From Thermoanaerobaculia bacterium (GTDB taxonomy: Bacteria; Acidobacteriota; Thermoanaerobaculia; Multivoradales; Multivoraceae), in NCBI GenBank assembly GCA_963664405.1, contig OY761158.1, positions 5,664,001 to 5,728,000 of the forward strand: a stretch of 64,000 nucleotides of DNA. The letters run 5' to 3'. The position numbers and the translations under genes are program-made. Below the pieces are notes generated by a model, which had not been told where the DNA came from, ran no database searches, and saw only the letters and a list, made by a program, of their open reading frames with translations. Every line of letters begins with the position of its first letter. Within the stretch, counting starts at the first letter, position 1. Below are positions 28,691-37,918 of this stretch, piece by piece.

Positions 28691-29060
28691 CCTCCGGATC
28701 CTCCGCCCTTCGCAGTGCCGCGTCGCACAGCTGCTCGCTGATCTCGATCAGCTCCCGAGCCAGGCGCCGAAAGCGCCGGCACTCGTCAATCTGCGCTCTG
28801 GTGCGCTCGACGCCTGGGCCTGGGGGGATGACCTTGGTCACAGTCTTGCCCTCGACCCGGCGGGTGAGTGACCAGCTCGGGCCATGCCCCGGCTCGGAGG
28901 GCCGCGCACAGTGGCAGCCCGGCTTGCCGCACTTGCGGTAGCGTCCGACCAAAGATCCGGGGCGCATCTCGCCGATATTGCCCAGCAGCTCTCGCACTTC
29001 TCGGCGTCGCTTCTCTAGCTCGGCAAGGCGGGGCGGAGTGTCGGTCATGGCAGCCTCCAT
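28629..29060 (-). CDS. IS accessory orfA (DUF6788-like, Cys/His motif)
   Basis: MRPGSL..RYRKCGKPGCHCA....HGP; overlaps the transposase frame at an AAAAAGGGGG run. Confidence 0.7.
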   Translation of the reverse strand: MEAAMTDTPPRLAELEKRRREVRELLGNIGEMRPGSLVGRYRKCGKPGCHCARPSEPGHGPSWSLTRRVEGKTVTKVIPPGPGVERTRAQIDECRRFRRLARELIEISEQLCDAALRRAEDPEEQKGGSRRFSRPRSRPKSRR

Positions 29061-29167
29061 TCTGACAGTCTATAGAGCTGTCAGAACACTATCGCCAAGA
29101 CCTACGGAACGTCAACCCGGATCCAGCTCATCACTCTGGTGTCGTGCACCCGTCTTACCCCGTTCAC

Positions 29168-29197
29168 TTGACAGCGCGCGGACCCAACTGCTTAAAT
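29168..29197 (+). promoter_or_regulatory. Putative sigma70 promoter of the aro-his-trp operon
   Basis: Perfect TTGACA (29168-73), 18-nt spacer, TG-n-TTAAAT imperfect extended -10. Confidence 0.5.
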
Positions 29198-29207
29198 CTG
29201 CGGCGCA

Positions 29208-29297
29208 ATGTTGGGCGTGAAGATCAACTACGCTGTTTCCCAGGCTGTTGCCCATGGTCTTTGGTGGGTCTGGGTGCATCCTCACGCCGAGGAATAG
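29208..29297 (+). CDS. Putative His/Trp attenuator leader peptide (29 aa)
   Basis: Manual translation MLGVKINYAVSQAVAHGLWWVWVHPHAEE*: 3 Trp + 3 His within 11 codons, lying between the promoter and terminator ahead of the his and trp genes. Confidence 0.8.
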   Translation: MLGVKINYAVSQAVAHGLWWVWVHPHAEE

Positions 29298-29360
29298 GTC
29301 GGGATCCGAGTCCCGGCCATTGGCACCGGGACGAGAGAAGGCCGACACGACGGGCACTCC

Positions 29361-29391
29361 CTCCTTCCGGGTCTGGAAGGAGTTTTGTTTT
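29361..29391 (+). terminator. Intrinsic terminator (attenuator) hairpin overlapping the aroDE RBS
   Basis: CTCCTTCC-GGGTCT-GGAAGGAG followed by TTTTGTTTT. The 3' arm is SD-like, 7 nt before the in-frame TTG 29390. Confidence 0.8.
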
Positions 29392-30877
29392 GGCAGATCG
29401 TGCTTCGCTTGTCGCGACGCTGACAGACGCCCCCGAGGTGGCTGACTTCGACAGTCTTCCACCGGGTGTCGATTGGGTCGAGGTGCGCGCCGATCTCGTC
29501 GGCGATGTTCCCGCCTCCTGGTTTCGCGACCGATGCGGCGCTCGCCTTCTGTATACCCTGCGCAGCCGTGCGGAGGGCGGGTCTTTTCGAGGTTCCCAGG
29601 CCGATCGACGCAAGCGGCTCGGTGTCGCTGCGCAGAGCTACGATCGGGTCGACTTGGAGGCGGACAGAGACCTGCAGGATGCTCTTCTGGCAGAGGTGCC
29701 ACCGGAGAAGAGACTACTGTCGTGGCATGGTCCTGGCCGTGAGAAGTCCGAGCTCGCCGAGATCTTTGATCGCATGTCCCAGGTGGACGCAGAGCTCTAC
29801 AAGATGGTGCCGATGGCGGGCGAGGCGTGTGAGGAGATCGCACCGTTGCAGCTCCTTGCGGAGCTGGGCCGGCGTGACGTTGTTGCCTTTTCGACGGGTG
29901 AGAGTGGCGCGTGGACTCGCTTTGTCGCTCCCTACCTCGGCGCGCCCGTGCTCTTCGGGGCCTGGGGGGCCGAGGCCGGCGCGCCAGGGCAGCCGTCGGT
30001 GAAACGGATCGAATCGGACTACCCCTTTCCGGATTTACCTCCGGTGGAGTGCATCTACGGCATCGTCGGCAGCCCGGTCACCCAGTCTCTCTCTCCGCGG
30101 ATGCACAACGCTTCTTACCGTGAGCACGGGCTTCCCGCGCTCTACGTTCCCTTCGGCGCCGCGAGCTTCGCGGATTTCTGGCTCGAGATCGTAGAGGGAG
30201 GCGTGCTGCCGGGCGTGGGGTTGCCGATTCGCGGGCTCAGCGTGACGGCTCCCTACAAGGCTTCGGCAGTCGCCGTTGCCGGAGCCCTGAGTCCGCTCGC
30301 GCAGCGTAGCGACAGTGTCAATACCTTGGTCTTGCGCGACGGCGTGTGGGAGGGCGAGACGACGGACCCTGAGGGTGTTCGTGGCGCCCTCGAAGCGGTT
30401 GGTGTCGCGCTCGCGGGGCGGCGGGTGGCGGTGCTCGGTTGCGGTGGCGCCGGGCGCTCGGTCGCCGTCGGCCTGGCCAATTACGGGGCAGAGGTAACGG
30501 TGGCGAATCGCAGCGTTGAAAAGGGTGAAAAGGTCGCAGCGACTTTGCAACTGCCATTCGCCAGTCTCGGAGATTTTGATCCCCACGGCTACGATGTGGT
30601 GGTCAATGCCACCGCGCTGGGGCACGAGGAGAACGACCCCCTTCCCTTCGACCCCACAGGCTTGCGCTCGGGCGCCGCCGTCGTCGACATGGTCTACTCG
30701 ACCGAACCGACGCCGCTACTGCGGGCGGTTCGCGATCTCGGTCATGTCGGAGTCGATGGTAGGGAGGTCTTGTTGCATCAGGCGCTGGCACAGTTCCCTC
30801 TGATGACGGGAGCGCAAATGTCTCTCGAAACGAGCCGTCGACTGCTCGGCTTGCCTCTCTCGGGGGAGCTCTCATGA
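29390..30877 (+). CDS. aroDE: Bifunctional type I 3-dehydroquinate dehydratase / shikimate dehydrogenase
   Basis: AroD: VEVRADL, TLRSRAEGG, SWH, YKMV, APGQ. AroE: SLSPRMHN, SVTAPYK, SVNT, GCGGAGR, NRS, DMVY. Confidence 0.88.
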   Translation: MADRASLVATLTDAPEVADFDSLPPGVDWVEVRADLVGDVPASWFRDRCGARLLYTLRSRAEGGSFRGSQADRRKRLGVAAQSYDRVDLEADRDLQDALLAEVPPEKRLLSWHGPGREKSELAEIFDRMSQVDAELYKMVPMAGEACEEIAPLQLLAELGRRDVVAFSTGESGAWTRFVAPYLGAPVLFGAWGAEAGAPGQPSVKRIESDYPFPDLPPVECIYGIVGSPVTQSLSPRMHNASYREHGLPALYVPFGAASFADFWLEIVEGGVLPGVGLPIRGLSVTAPYKASAVAVAGALSPLAQRSDSVNTLVLRDGVWEGETTDPEGVRGALEAVGVALAGRRVAVLGCGGAGRSVAVGLANYGAEVTVANRSVEKGEKVAATLQLPFASLGDFDPHGYDVVVNATALGHEENDPLPFDPTGLRSGAAVVDMVYSTEPTPLLRAVRDLGHVGVDGREVLLHQALAQFPLMTGAQMSLETSRRLLGLPLSGELS

Positions 30878-31842
30878 GGATCACTTCCGCATTCCCTACC
30901 GGAGTCACTGCACTCCTCTTCGAAGCTGCCGAACGGAGGCGCACTTACGAAGACTCGGCGGTGACCGAGTTGCGCAGCCGAGGCTTCGCCGAGGCGATCT
31001 TGCCGATTCTCGATTACTTCGATCCCTACGAAGGCTTGGTCTCGGATAGGGCGAGAGAAGAGCTCTATCGTTTTGTCGATCGCGACGGAGAGTTGTTGGC
31101 ACTGCGCGGTGACTTCACTCCGATGCTTGCCCGCGTTCTCGCGCCGCGTGTCGGCTCCTTGGAGCTGCCTCTCCGTTTGTTTTATCGAGGAGATCGTGTG
31201 CGCCATCAGGAGGAACGGCCGGGTCGCCTTCGTGAGTACTACGAGATGGGTGCGGAGCTTCTTGGCGTACCGGGTAGAGATGCCGACGAAGAAATGCTCG
31301 AGCTCTTTCTGCGCATCCTCTCTATACAATCAGGCCCCAGCCTCCGCGTGGTTCTCAGTTTTGCGGGCGCTCTGGATCGGCTTCTTCTGCAACAGCCTGC
31401 CGATTCACGGGCGGGTCTGTTGCAGGCGTTGTCACGACGCGATCGGCGGGTGGTGCGCCAGGCCGGTGCGACACTCCTCCAGGTCGTGGAGGAGGGCAGG
31501 CCGGTGAGCCCAGGAGACCTCGGCGACGAGGGCGCCCTCGGCCTCGCCAGCCTGGAGGAGCTGATCGCTAAGGTCCAGGCGGGCTGTGACGATCTCGAAG
31601 TGACCTTCAACATCGATCTGGCTGAGTTTGCCCAAGATACCCTCGACCCTGAGCTTGCCGCGGCTTCGGGCACCCCTCCCTACTACGATGGCCCGGTATT
31701 CAAGGCCTATGTCGAGGGCCAGGCACTTTCTGCAGGGAGAGGAGGGCGTTACGACCGCCTCTTTCGACGTCTCGGAGCGGACTTAGCGGCAGTGGGCTTC
31801 TCGGTCAGTCCCGATCGCATATTGGGGGGCTCGACGTCATGA
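30874..31842 (+). CDS. hisZ: ATP phosphoribosyltransferase regulatory subunit
   Basis: HisRS-like ALRGDFTP, GRLREYYEMGAEL, YYDG, GRGGRYD; precedes a short HisG. Confidence 0.9.
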   Translation: MRITSAFPTGVTALLFEAAERRRTYEDSAVTELRSRGFAEAILPILDYFDPYEGLVSDRAREELYRFVDRDGELLALRGDFTPMLARVLAPRVGSLELPLRLFYRGDRVRHQEERPGRLREYYEMGAELLGVPGRDADEEMLELFLRILSIQSGPSLRVVLSFAGALDRLLLQQPADSRAGLLQALSRRDRRVVRQAGATLLQVVEEGRPVSPGDLGDEGALGLASLEELIAKVQAGCDDLEVTFNIDLAEFAQDTLDPELAAASGTPPYYDGPVFKAYVEGQALSAGRGGRYDRLFRRLGADLAAVGFSVSPDRILGGSTS

Positions 31843-32468
31843 TGCGTCTCGCCCTTCCCAAGGGACGAAATCTGGGTGTGACTCTTAGCGCTCTCCGCGC
31901 TGCCGGAATCGGACTTGCCGGTCTCGAGGAGAACGGGAGGCGATTACGTGGATCTTTCGAGGTGGATGCTCTGGAGGTCCTCCTGCTCAAAGACTGGGAT
32001 GTTCCCCTCTATGTCGAGTATGGCGTGGCCGATTTCGGCGTAGTGGGCAGCGACGTGCTGGCGGAGCGGGATGGCGACGTACTCGTGCCCGCCAGGCTCA
32101 GCGAAGGGGGCTGTCGTCTCTCTCTCATCGGGCCCGAGGGCAGTTTGCCCGCGGCGGGTAGTCAGGTACGGTTGGCCACGAAATACCCCGGGCTCGCGCG
32201 CCGTCTGGTCGCGTCTCGGTCGTGGGGTGCCGAAATCGTCAAGCTTTCAGGTTCTGTCGAGCTCGGTCCCTTGCTCCAACTGAGTGATGTTGCGCTGGAC
32301 ATCGTGCAGACCGGTACAACGTTGCGCGAGAATCAGCTCGTCGAGCTCGAGGTGGTGGAGGATGTTTACCCCTGCCTGATCGTGAACCGCGCCTCCTATC
32401 AGCGCTACCGCTCGCGGATCAACGAGCTGGTTCGAAGATTGGAAGAACAGGAGTTGGTGCTCTTATGA
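31839..32468 (+). CDS. hisG: ATP phosphoribosyltransferase (short form)
   Basis: LALPKGR, DVPLYVEYG.ADFGVVG.D, ATKYP, GSVELGP, DIVQTG.TL.EN. Confidence 0.95.
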   Translation: MMRLALPKGRNLGVTLSALRAAGIGLAGLEENGRRLRGSFEVDALEVLLLKDWDVPLYVEYGVADFGVVGSDVLAERDGDVLVPARLSEGGCRLSLIGPEGSLPAAGSQVRLATKYPGLARRLVASRSWGAEIVKLSGSVELGPLLQLSDVALDIVQTGTTLRENQLVELEVVEDVYPCLIVNRASYQRYRSRINELVRRLEEQELVLL

Positions 32469-33763
32469 CGATGCGACGAGTCAAAGTAGGGTCTCGGAAG
32501 GGTGAGCGCGAGCTCTCGCGACTGGTGGGGCGCGCGCGCAGAGTTGTGGACACCAAGACCCTTCGTCGTGCGTCGAAGATCGTAAATCAGGTGCGGCGAC
32601 ACGGAGATCGCGCTTTGGCTGAGCTCGTGCGCGAGCTCGATGGTGTCGAGGTGGGCGAGGTGTCGAGCCTCCGCTGCCAACCGGGGCGGGTTGGCGAGTT
32701 GGAGGGGGTGCTGCCACCGAATTTTGTCGAAGCACTCGAGCGAGCCATTCAATCGGTCGACGAGTTCCACGCTCCGCAGGTCAGGGCCGGCTATGAGCTT
32801 GACCGTGACGGCGTCTGGCTCGAAGAGCGGCGCGCGCCTCTGCGCAGAGTTGGTGTCTACATCCCTGGGGGTCGCTTCCCTTACCCCTCGACGGTCCTGA
32901 TGACCGTGATTCCCGCCAGGCTTGCCGGCGTCGAAGAGATCGTCGTGGCCACGCCACCGCGTGCCTACGCCGAGAGCGCAGCGCTGCGCTATACCCTAGC
33001 TGCTCTCGATGTTCGAGAGATCTGGGGCATGGGCGGTGCCCAGGCTGTCGCCGCGCTGGCGTATGGCACCGAGAGCATTCGCCGCGTCGACAAGATCGTG
33101 GGGCCTGGAAACGTCTGGGTGAACGCCGCCAAGAAGATCGTAGCCGGTGACGTTGCGATCGATGGAGTCCCAGGGCCGACCGAGATCGTTGTTTTCGCCG
33201 ATGGATCGGCCGACCCATCGCTGGTGGCAGCCGATCTGCTGGCGCAGGCGGAGCACGACCCGATGGCGGCCGCGATCCTGGTGACACCGGAACCGGCGCT
33301 GGCGAAGGCAGTCGATGAGGAGCTCGCAGCGCAGCTCGGCGAGCTCTCGGCTCCCGCAGTCGCGCGCGAGGCGATAAAGCGCTTCGGTGTTGCGCTGATC
33401 GTGGAGGATTTGGAAGAGGGCCTGCGTGTCGCCGAGGTGATTGCACCGGAACATCTGCAGCTCATGGGCGAGGGCCCCGAGTCCTTGTCTCATCGCGCCC
33501 ACGCCGCGGGTGCGGTTCTTGTCGGCAGCGCCACGACGGCGGTATTTGGTGACTACGTGGCGGGCCCGAGTCACGTGCTTCCCACCTGTGGGTCCGCGCG
33601 ATTCGCTTCGTCTCTCGGAGTCGAGGACTTCGTTCGTCGTAGTCACTGCATTCGTTTTAGCCGAGAAGCGGCAAGCGATTGGAGCGAGACGGCGGCGACT
33701 CTAGCCGATGTCGAAGGCCTCGAGGCCCACGCGGCGGCGGCGCGGAGGCGGAGGTCGCCGTGA
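32465..33763 (+). CDS. hisD: Histidinol dehydrogenase
   Basis: GVYIPGG, GGAQAVAALAYG, VGPGN, DLLAQAEHD, APEHL, GDYVAGPSHVLPT. Confidence 0.96.
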   Translation: MTMRRVKVGSRKGERELSRLVGRARRVVDTKTLRRASKIVNQVRRHGDRALAELVRELDGVEVGEVSSLRCQPGRVGELEGVLPPNFVEALERAIQSVDEFHAPQVRAGYELDRDGVWLEERRAPLRRVGVYIPGGRFPYPSTVLMTVIPARLAGVEEIVVATPPRAYAESAALRYTLAALDVREIWGMGGAQAVAALAYGTESIRRVDKIVGPGNVWVNAAKKIVAGDVAIDGVPGPTEIVVFADGSADPSLVAADLLAQAEHDPMAAAILVTPEPALAKAVDEELAAQLGELSAPAVAREAIKRFGVALIVEDLEEGLRVAEVIAPEHLQLMGEGPESLSHRAHAAGAVLVGSATTAVFGDYVAGPSHVLPTCGSARFASSLGVEDFVRRSHCIRFSREAASDWSETAATLADVEGLEAHAAAARRRRSP

Positions 33764-34863
33764 GTGCTGTTGCCGGCCCCGCCGCCTTCGTCCGACCCGA
33801 GCTGCGTGAGCTCCACGCCTATACGCTGGAGCAGAGCGCTTGCCGCTTCAAGTTGGACCAGAACGAAGTGCCTTGGGACCTTCCTCAGCGTCTCAAGCGC
33901 TTGGCGCTGGACCGTCTTGCTGGGAGCGACTGGGCCCGCTATCCGGACTTCCACGCCGATGAGTTGCGCTTAGCGCTGTCGGAGCGGCACCAATGGCCCA
34001 TCGAGGGCATTCTCGCCGGCAATGGTTCCAACGAGCTGCTCGGCATCTGTCTCGAGGCCGTCTGCCGTCCCGGGACCGAGGTCCTCGGCTGTCTACCGAG
34101 CTTCGGCCTCTACGAGATGTTCGTACGCCGTGCCGGTGGCCGCTCATGCTTTCTCGAGCCCCGCCCTGATCTGAGACTGCCGCTGGACGAGCTGATGGAA
34201 GAAGTGGCGAGAGATCCACGCCGGCCGGTGCTGCTCTGTACTCCGAACAATCCCACCGGTGCGGCGGCTAGCCCGGATCAGCTCGGGGAGTTGGCACGTA
34301 GCTTGGAAGCCCCGCTTCTCCTCGACAATGCCTATGGTGAGTTCTGCCGCTGGGACTATCGTCCGTTGCTCCGTCAGCACCCGAATCTCGTATTGTTCCG
34401 GACTTTTTCGAAGGCTTGGTCACTTGGCGGGATGCGGCTTGGCTATCTTCTTGCCAGTCCCGATCTGGTGGCTGAGCTGATCAAGGTCAAGCTTCCCTAC
34501 AACCTCAACCACGCCGCCATAGCCGCAGGTCTTGCCGTCCTCGCCGATGCCCAGGTTGCAGAACGCCGCGTTCGTGTCCTCACTGCGCGACGAGAGCAGT
34601 GGCGAGAGATGATGGTGAGTCACGGTCTTCATGTCTACCCTTCTGAGGGCAACTTTCTGCTGGTTTCCGTGGAGCCTGTATTGGCGTCGAACCAAGGCCT
34701 GGCACAAGCGGTCAGGTCTTTGCGCGATGGGCTCAGCGACCGAGGAATACTGGTTCGGGACGTCAGCGGCTATCCGGGGCTCGCCGGTTGTTTTCGAGTC
34801 GGAGTCGGCAATGGCGCTGCTCTGCGTGCGACCCGTAGCGCGCTCGAGGAGATTCTCGAATGA
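33760..34863 (+). CDS. hisC: Histidinol-phosphate aminotransferase
   Basis: LDQNE, RYPD, GNGSNE, NNPTG, RTFSKAW..GMRLGY. Confidence 0.93.
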   Translation: MSAVAGPAAFVRPELRELHAYTLEQSACRFKLDQNEVPWDLPQRLKRLALDRLAGSDWARYPDFHADELRLALSERHQWPIEGILAGNGSNELLGICLEAVCRPGTEVLGCLPSFGLYEMFVRRAGGRSCFLEPRPDLRLPLDELMEEVARDPRRPVLLCTPNNPTGAAASPDQLGELARSLEAPLLLDNAYGEFCRWDYRPLLRQHPNLVLFRTFSKAWSLGGMRLGYLLASPDLVAELIKVKLPYNLNHAAIAAGLAVLADAQVAERRVRVLTARREQWREMMVSHGLHVYPSEGNFLLVSVEPVLASNQGLAQAVRSLRDGLSDRGILVRDVSGYPGLAGCFRVGVGNGAALRATRSALEEILE

Positions 34864-35462
34864 GCTCACGACAGGCAGAGATTGTTCGCAAGACCAAGGA
34901 GACCGAGGTTCGGGCACGTCTGAACCTGGATGGTGGCCCGGTTGTGGTTCACGTTCCCAATGGTTTCTTCGGTCATATGCTCGAAGCGTTGGCCAAGCAC
35001 TCGGGTTTCGGACTCGAGATCGAGGCTCAGGGCGACACGCAGGTGGACCTTCACCACACCGTTGAAGATGTAGGCATCGTCCTCGGGGAGTGTCTGCGGG
35101 AGGCGTTGGGAGAGGCTCGCGGCGTTGTTCGCTTCGGGCAGGCTCACGCGCCCCTCGATGAGGCTCTGGCCCGCGCAGTCGTCGATCTTTCGGGAAGGGG
35201 CTTCCTCGATCTCACTCTGGGAGCCGAGCTTGCCGCGAGCTGGGTAACGCCGGAGTTCCCGATGACCCTGCTGCACGACTTCTTTCATGCCTTCGCCGAG
35301 CGCGGGCGGGTGACCCTGCATGTGGATGTGCTGAAAGGCCGCAATCCCCATCATGTCGCCGAAGCCAGCTTCAAGGCGGTGGCGGTGGCTCTGCGCCAGG
35401 CGACAGCTCAGCGCTCCGGTGTCGACGATGTACCTTCGACCAAGGGCACGCTGAGCTCTTGA
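34860..35462 (+). CDS. hisB: Imidazoleglycerol-phosphate dehydratase (monofunctional)
   Basis: RKTKET, DLHHTVED, PLDEAL, NPHHVAEASFKA, PSTKG. Confidence 0.96.
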   Translation: MSSRQAEIVRKTKETEVRARLNLDGGPVVVHVPNGFFGHMLEALAKHSGFGLEIEAQGDTQVDLHHTVEDVGIVLGECLREALGEARGVVRFGQAHAPLDEALARAVVDLSGRGFLDLTLGAELAASWVTPEFPMTLLHDFFHAFAERGRVTLHVDVLKGRNPHHVAEASFKAVAVALRQATAQRSGVDDVPSTKGTLSS

Positions 35463-35471
35463 GGTGGAGTG

Positions 35472-36095
35472 ATGCGAGCTATAGTCATCGACGCCGGTGT
35501 CGGCAACCTGGGCAACTTGAAACGGGCGGTAGAGTCTCTCGGCGCCGAAGGGAAGATCACCCACGATCCGGCCGAGGTAGCCTCCAGCCGTGTACTTCTG
35601 TTGCCGGGGGTAGGTGCCTTCCGCCCTCCCCGCGAGACCCTGAGGGGTGCTCTCGAAGAAGCTATCGACCACGCTCTCGAGCAGGGGGCTTGGCTGCTGG
35701 GGATCTGCATCGGCTTCCAGCTTCTCTTCGACGAGAGCGAAGAGTTCGGTCTCACCGACGGCCTCGGCCTGCTCTCGGGCCGAGTCGAGCCGCTGCCCAC
35801 GGGTGTCGAGCTACCTCATATGGGCTGGAACCGGCTTCACTCACTGAGCCCACATCCGCTTCTCGACGGCATTGCCGAGGGATCCTTCGTGTACTTCGTG
35901 CACAGTTTCGCGCCGGCGGGGGTTCCCCTAGAGGGCACTCTTGCCGCCTGCACTCACGGCCGTACGTTTCCCGCCATCTGTGGGAGAGAGCGTGTGCTCG
36001 GCACCCAATTCCACCCCGAGAAGAGCGGTTCCATCGGCCTGCGGCTGCTGCGCAACTACCTGGAGATGGCGAATGGAACTGCTGCCGGCAATTGA
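35472..36095 (+). CDS. hisH: IGP synthase glutaminase subunit
   Basis: LPGVGAF, GICIGFQ, PHMGWN, YFVHSF, QFHPEKS. Confidence 0.96.
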   Translation: MRAIVIDAGVGNLGNLKRAVESLGAEGKITHDPAEVASSRVLLLPGVGAFRPPRETLRGALEEAIDHALEQGAWLLGICIGFQLLFDESEEFGLTDGLGLLSGRVEPLPTGVELPHMGWNRLHSLSPHPLLDGIAEGSFVYFVHSFAPAGVPLEGTLAACTHGRTFPAICGRERVLGTQFHPEKSGSIGLRLLRNYLEMANGTAAGN

Positions 36096-36801
36096 TCTCA
36101 GAAAGGGCCGAGTCGTTCGTTTGCGCAAGGGTGACGATGCCCAGCGCACGACTTACGATGTGGATCCGTTGGATACCCTCCTTCATTATGCCGATCTCGG
36201 AGTCGGGCGCGTTCATGTGGTCGACCTCGATGCGGCGTTCGGCGAATTGCCACAACGCGAGCTGGTCGAGAGACTCGCGGGTCACTCCCTGGCTCCACGC
36301 ATTGAGCTCGGGGGTGGGTTGCGCGACGCGGAGTCGATCGAGTGGGCTTTCGACGCCGGCGTGGAGCGCGCGGTCATAACGTCGATGATCGTCAACGATT
36401 TCGAGCTCTTCGGCGAGCTCGCAGTAGCCTGGCCCGACCGTCTGGTGGCTGCCCTCGATGTTGCGGATGGAGCTCTGCGTTACTCGGGTTGGACGGCGAG
36501 CGCCGAGAGAGATCTCGACGATATTTGCCTCGACCTTGCCCCGTTGCCGCTGGCCGCGGCCCTGGTCACCGACATCTCTCGCGACGGCACTCTCACTGGG
36601 CCCAACGTCGAGCTTCTCTGTGAGGTTGCCGGAAAGGCTTGCGCTCCTGGCATTCTCTCCGGTGGGGTGCGTTCTTTGGACGATCTTCGACAGGCTCGCC
36701 AAGCCGCCGCAGTTGCAGAGGTCGTGGTGGGAAAAGCGCTCTACGATGGCGCGATCGATGCGCGCGAGGCCATGCGGGTGTGTCGCGGGGAGGTCGAATG
36801 A
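36073..36801 (+). CDS. hisA: ProFAR isomerase
   Basis: [41 protein letters not shown]. Confidence 0.95.
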   Translation: MELLPAIDLRKGRVVRLRKGDDAQRTTYDVDPLDTLLHYADLGVGRVHVVDLDAAFGELPQRELVERLAGHSLAPRIELGGGLRDAESIEWAFDAGVERAVITSMIVNDFELFGELAVAWPDRLVAALDVADGALRYSGWTASAERDLDDICLDLAPLPLAAALVTDISRDGTLTGPNVELLCEVAGKACAPGILSGGVRSLDDLRQARQAAAVAEVVVGKALYDGAIDAREAMRVCRGEVE

Positions 36802-37601
36802 CAGCGGAACCTCGGTCGGCCACCGCCACCGGCCTCACCGCTCGCATCATCCCCTGCCTCGATGTCGCGGCAGGAAGGGTGGTGAAAGGGGTCAACTTCA
36901 AAGACCTGCGCGATCAGGGCGATCCGGCCGACTGCGCTCTTCGATACGCCGAGCAGGGTGCCGACGAGATCGTCTTTCTCGACATTACGGCGGCTCCGGA
37001 GCGGCGACGGACCAACCTCGAGTGGGTCACCCGCACCGCCGAACAGGTGTTTGTACCGTTGAGCGTCGGCGGCGGCGTGCGAGAAGTGGAAGATGGACGC
37101 AAACTGCTGCAAGCGGGAGCCGACAAGGTGGCTGTGAACACCGCGGCGGTAGAGCGCCCTGGTCTACTCTCCGAGCTGGCACGGCGCTTCGGCTCGCAGT
37201 GTGTCGTACTTTCGGTCGATGCCCGCCGGATCGGCGGAGACACGGGATCGCCAGGCTGGGAAGTAGTGACCCAGGGCGGGCGGAAGCCGACTGGGAAGGA
37301 TGCGCTGACCTGGATTCGCGAAGGCGTCGAGCGCGGCGCCGGTGAGATCCTGCTCACCAGCATCGATGCGGACGGCACTCAAGACGGTTACGATCTGGAG
37401 CTCCTGCGCCGTGTCTCGGAGATTGTCTCGGTGCCGGTAGTGGCTTCCGGCGGCGCCGGCACAGTCGCGCATCTCGCCCGTGCTCTGGAGGCGGGATCCT
37501 CGGCGGTGCTCGCCGCTTCGATCTTCCATCAATCTATGTTTACTCCTAACGAGGTGAAGCGCCAGCTCGATGAGATGGGCTTCGCCATGAGGCTTCCATG
37601 A
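36798..37601 (+). CDS. hisF: IGP synthase cyclase subunit
   Basis: [47 protein letters not shown]. Confidence 0.97.
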   Translation: MTAEPRSATATGLTARIIPCLDVAAGRVVKGVNFKDLRDQGDPADCALRYAEQGADEIVFLDITAAPERRRTNLEWVTRTAEQVFVPLSVGGGVREVEDGRKLLQAGADKVAVNTAAVERPGLLSELARRFGSQCVVLSVDARRIGGDTGSPGWEVVTQGGRKPTGKDALTWIREGVERGAGEILLTSIDADGTQDGYDLELLRRVSEIVSVPVVASGGAGTVAHLARALEAGSSAVLAASIFHQSMFTPNEVKRQLDEMGFAMRLP

Positions 37602-37918
37602 GCGCACCATCTTCGACAGGCATGGACTTGGGTTGGCTTTGGGACACTTTGGAGGAGAGGCGTCGTGAGGGCGATGCTGACAGTTCATATACGGCTCGGC
37701 TGCTCGACTCCGGCCCGGATCGCATCGCCCAGAAGGTTGGCGAAGAGGCGACAGAGACCATCATCGCCGGCCTGAGGATGCGCTTGGACGGTGGGGCGGA
37801 GGAGTTGGTCGGCGAGGCCGCGGATCTGGTGTACCACCTGATGGTCTTTCTGCTCGTCAACGACTTGACCCTGGCTGATGTGGTCGACGAGCTGCAACGG
37901 AGGCATCGAGACCCATGA
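37598..37918 (+). CDS. hisE: Phosphoribosyl-ATP diphosphatase (stand-alone)
   Basis: SSYTARLL..G...[11 protein letters not shown]...EAADLVYHL; no cyclohydrolase domain. Confidence 0.93.
   Translation: MSAPSSTGMDLGWLWDTLEERRREGDADSSYTARLLDSGPDRIAQKVGEEATETIIAGLRMRLDGGAEELVGEAADLVYHLMVFLLVNDLTLADVVDELQRRHRDP

Larger units (their letters stand above)
27282..29151 (-). mobile_element. ISKra4-family-like insertion sequence, about 1.87 kb
   Basis: 9-bp direct repeat GTCTTACCC at 27273-27281 and 29152-29160. Imperfect TIRs GGGCGTACGTCA..GTGA and GGGTGCACGACA..GTGA. Carries a small orfA and a transposase. Confidence 0.85.

Noticed and set aside
29144-29389. Long N-terminal extension of AroDE in the ORF track
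   Set aside because: Starts inside the IS end and crosses the promoter, leader and terminator; AroD similarity begins only near 29390.
29200-29392. T-box or metabolite riboswitch
   Set aside because: No T-box consensus or recognisable aptamer seen; a leader-peptide attenuator explains the region better.
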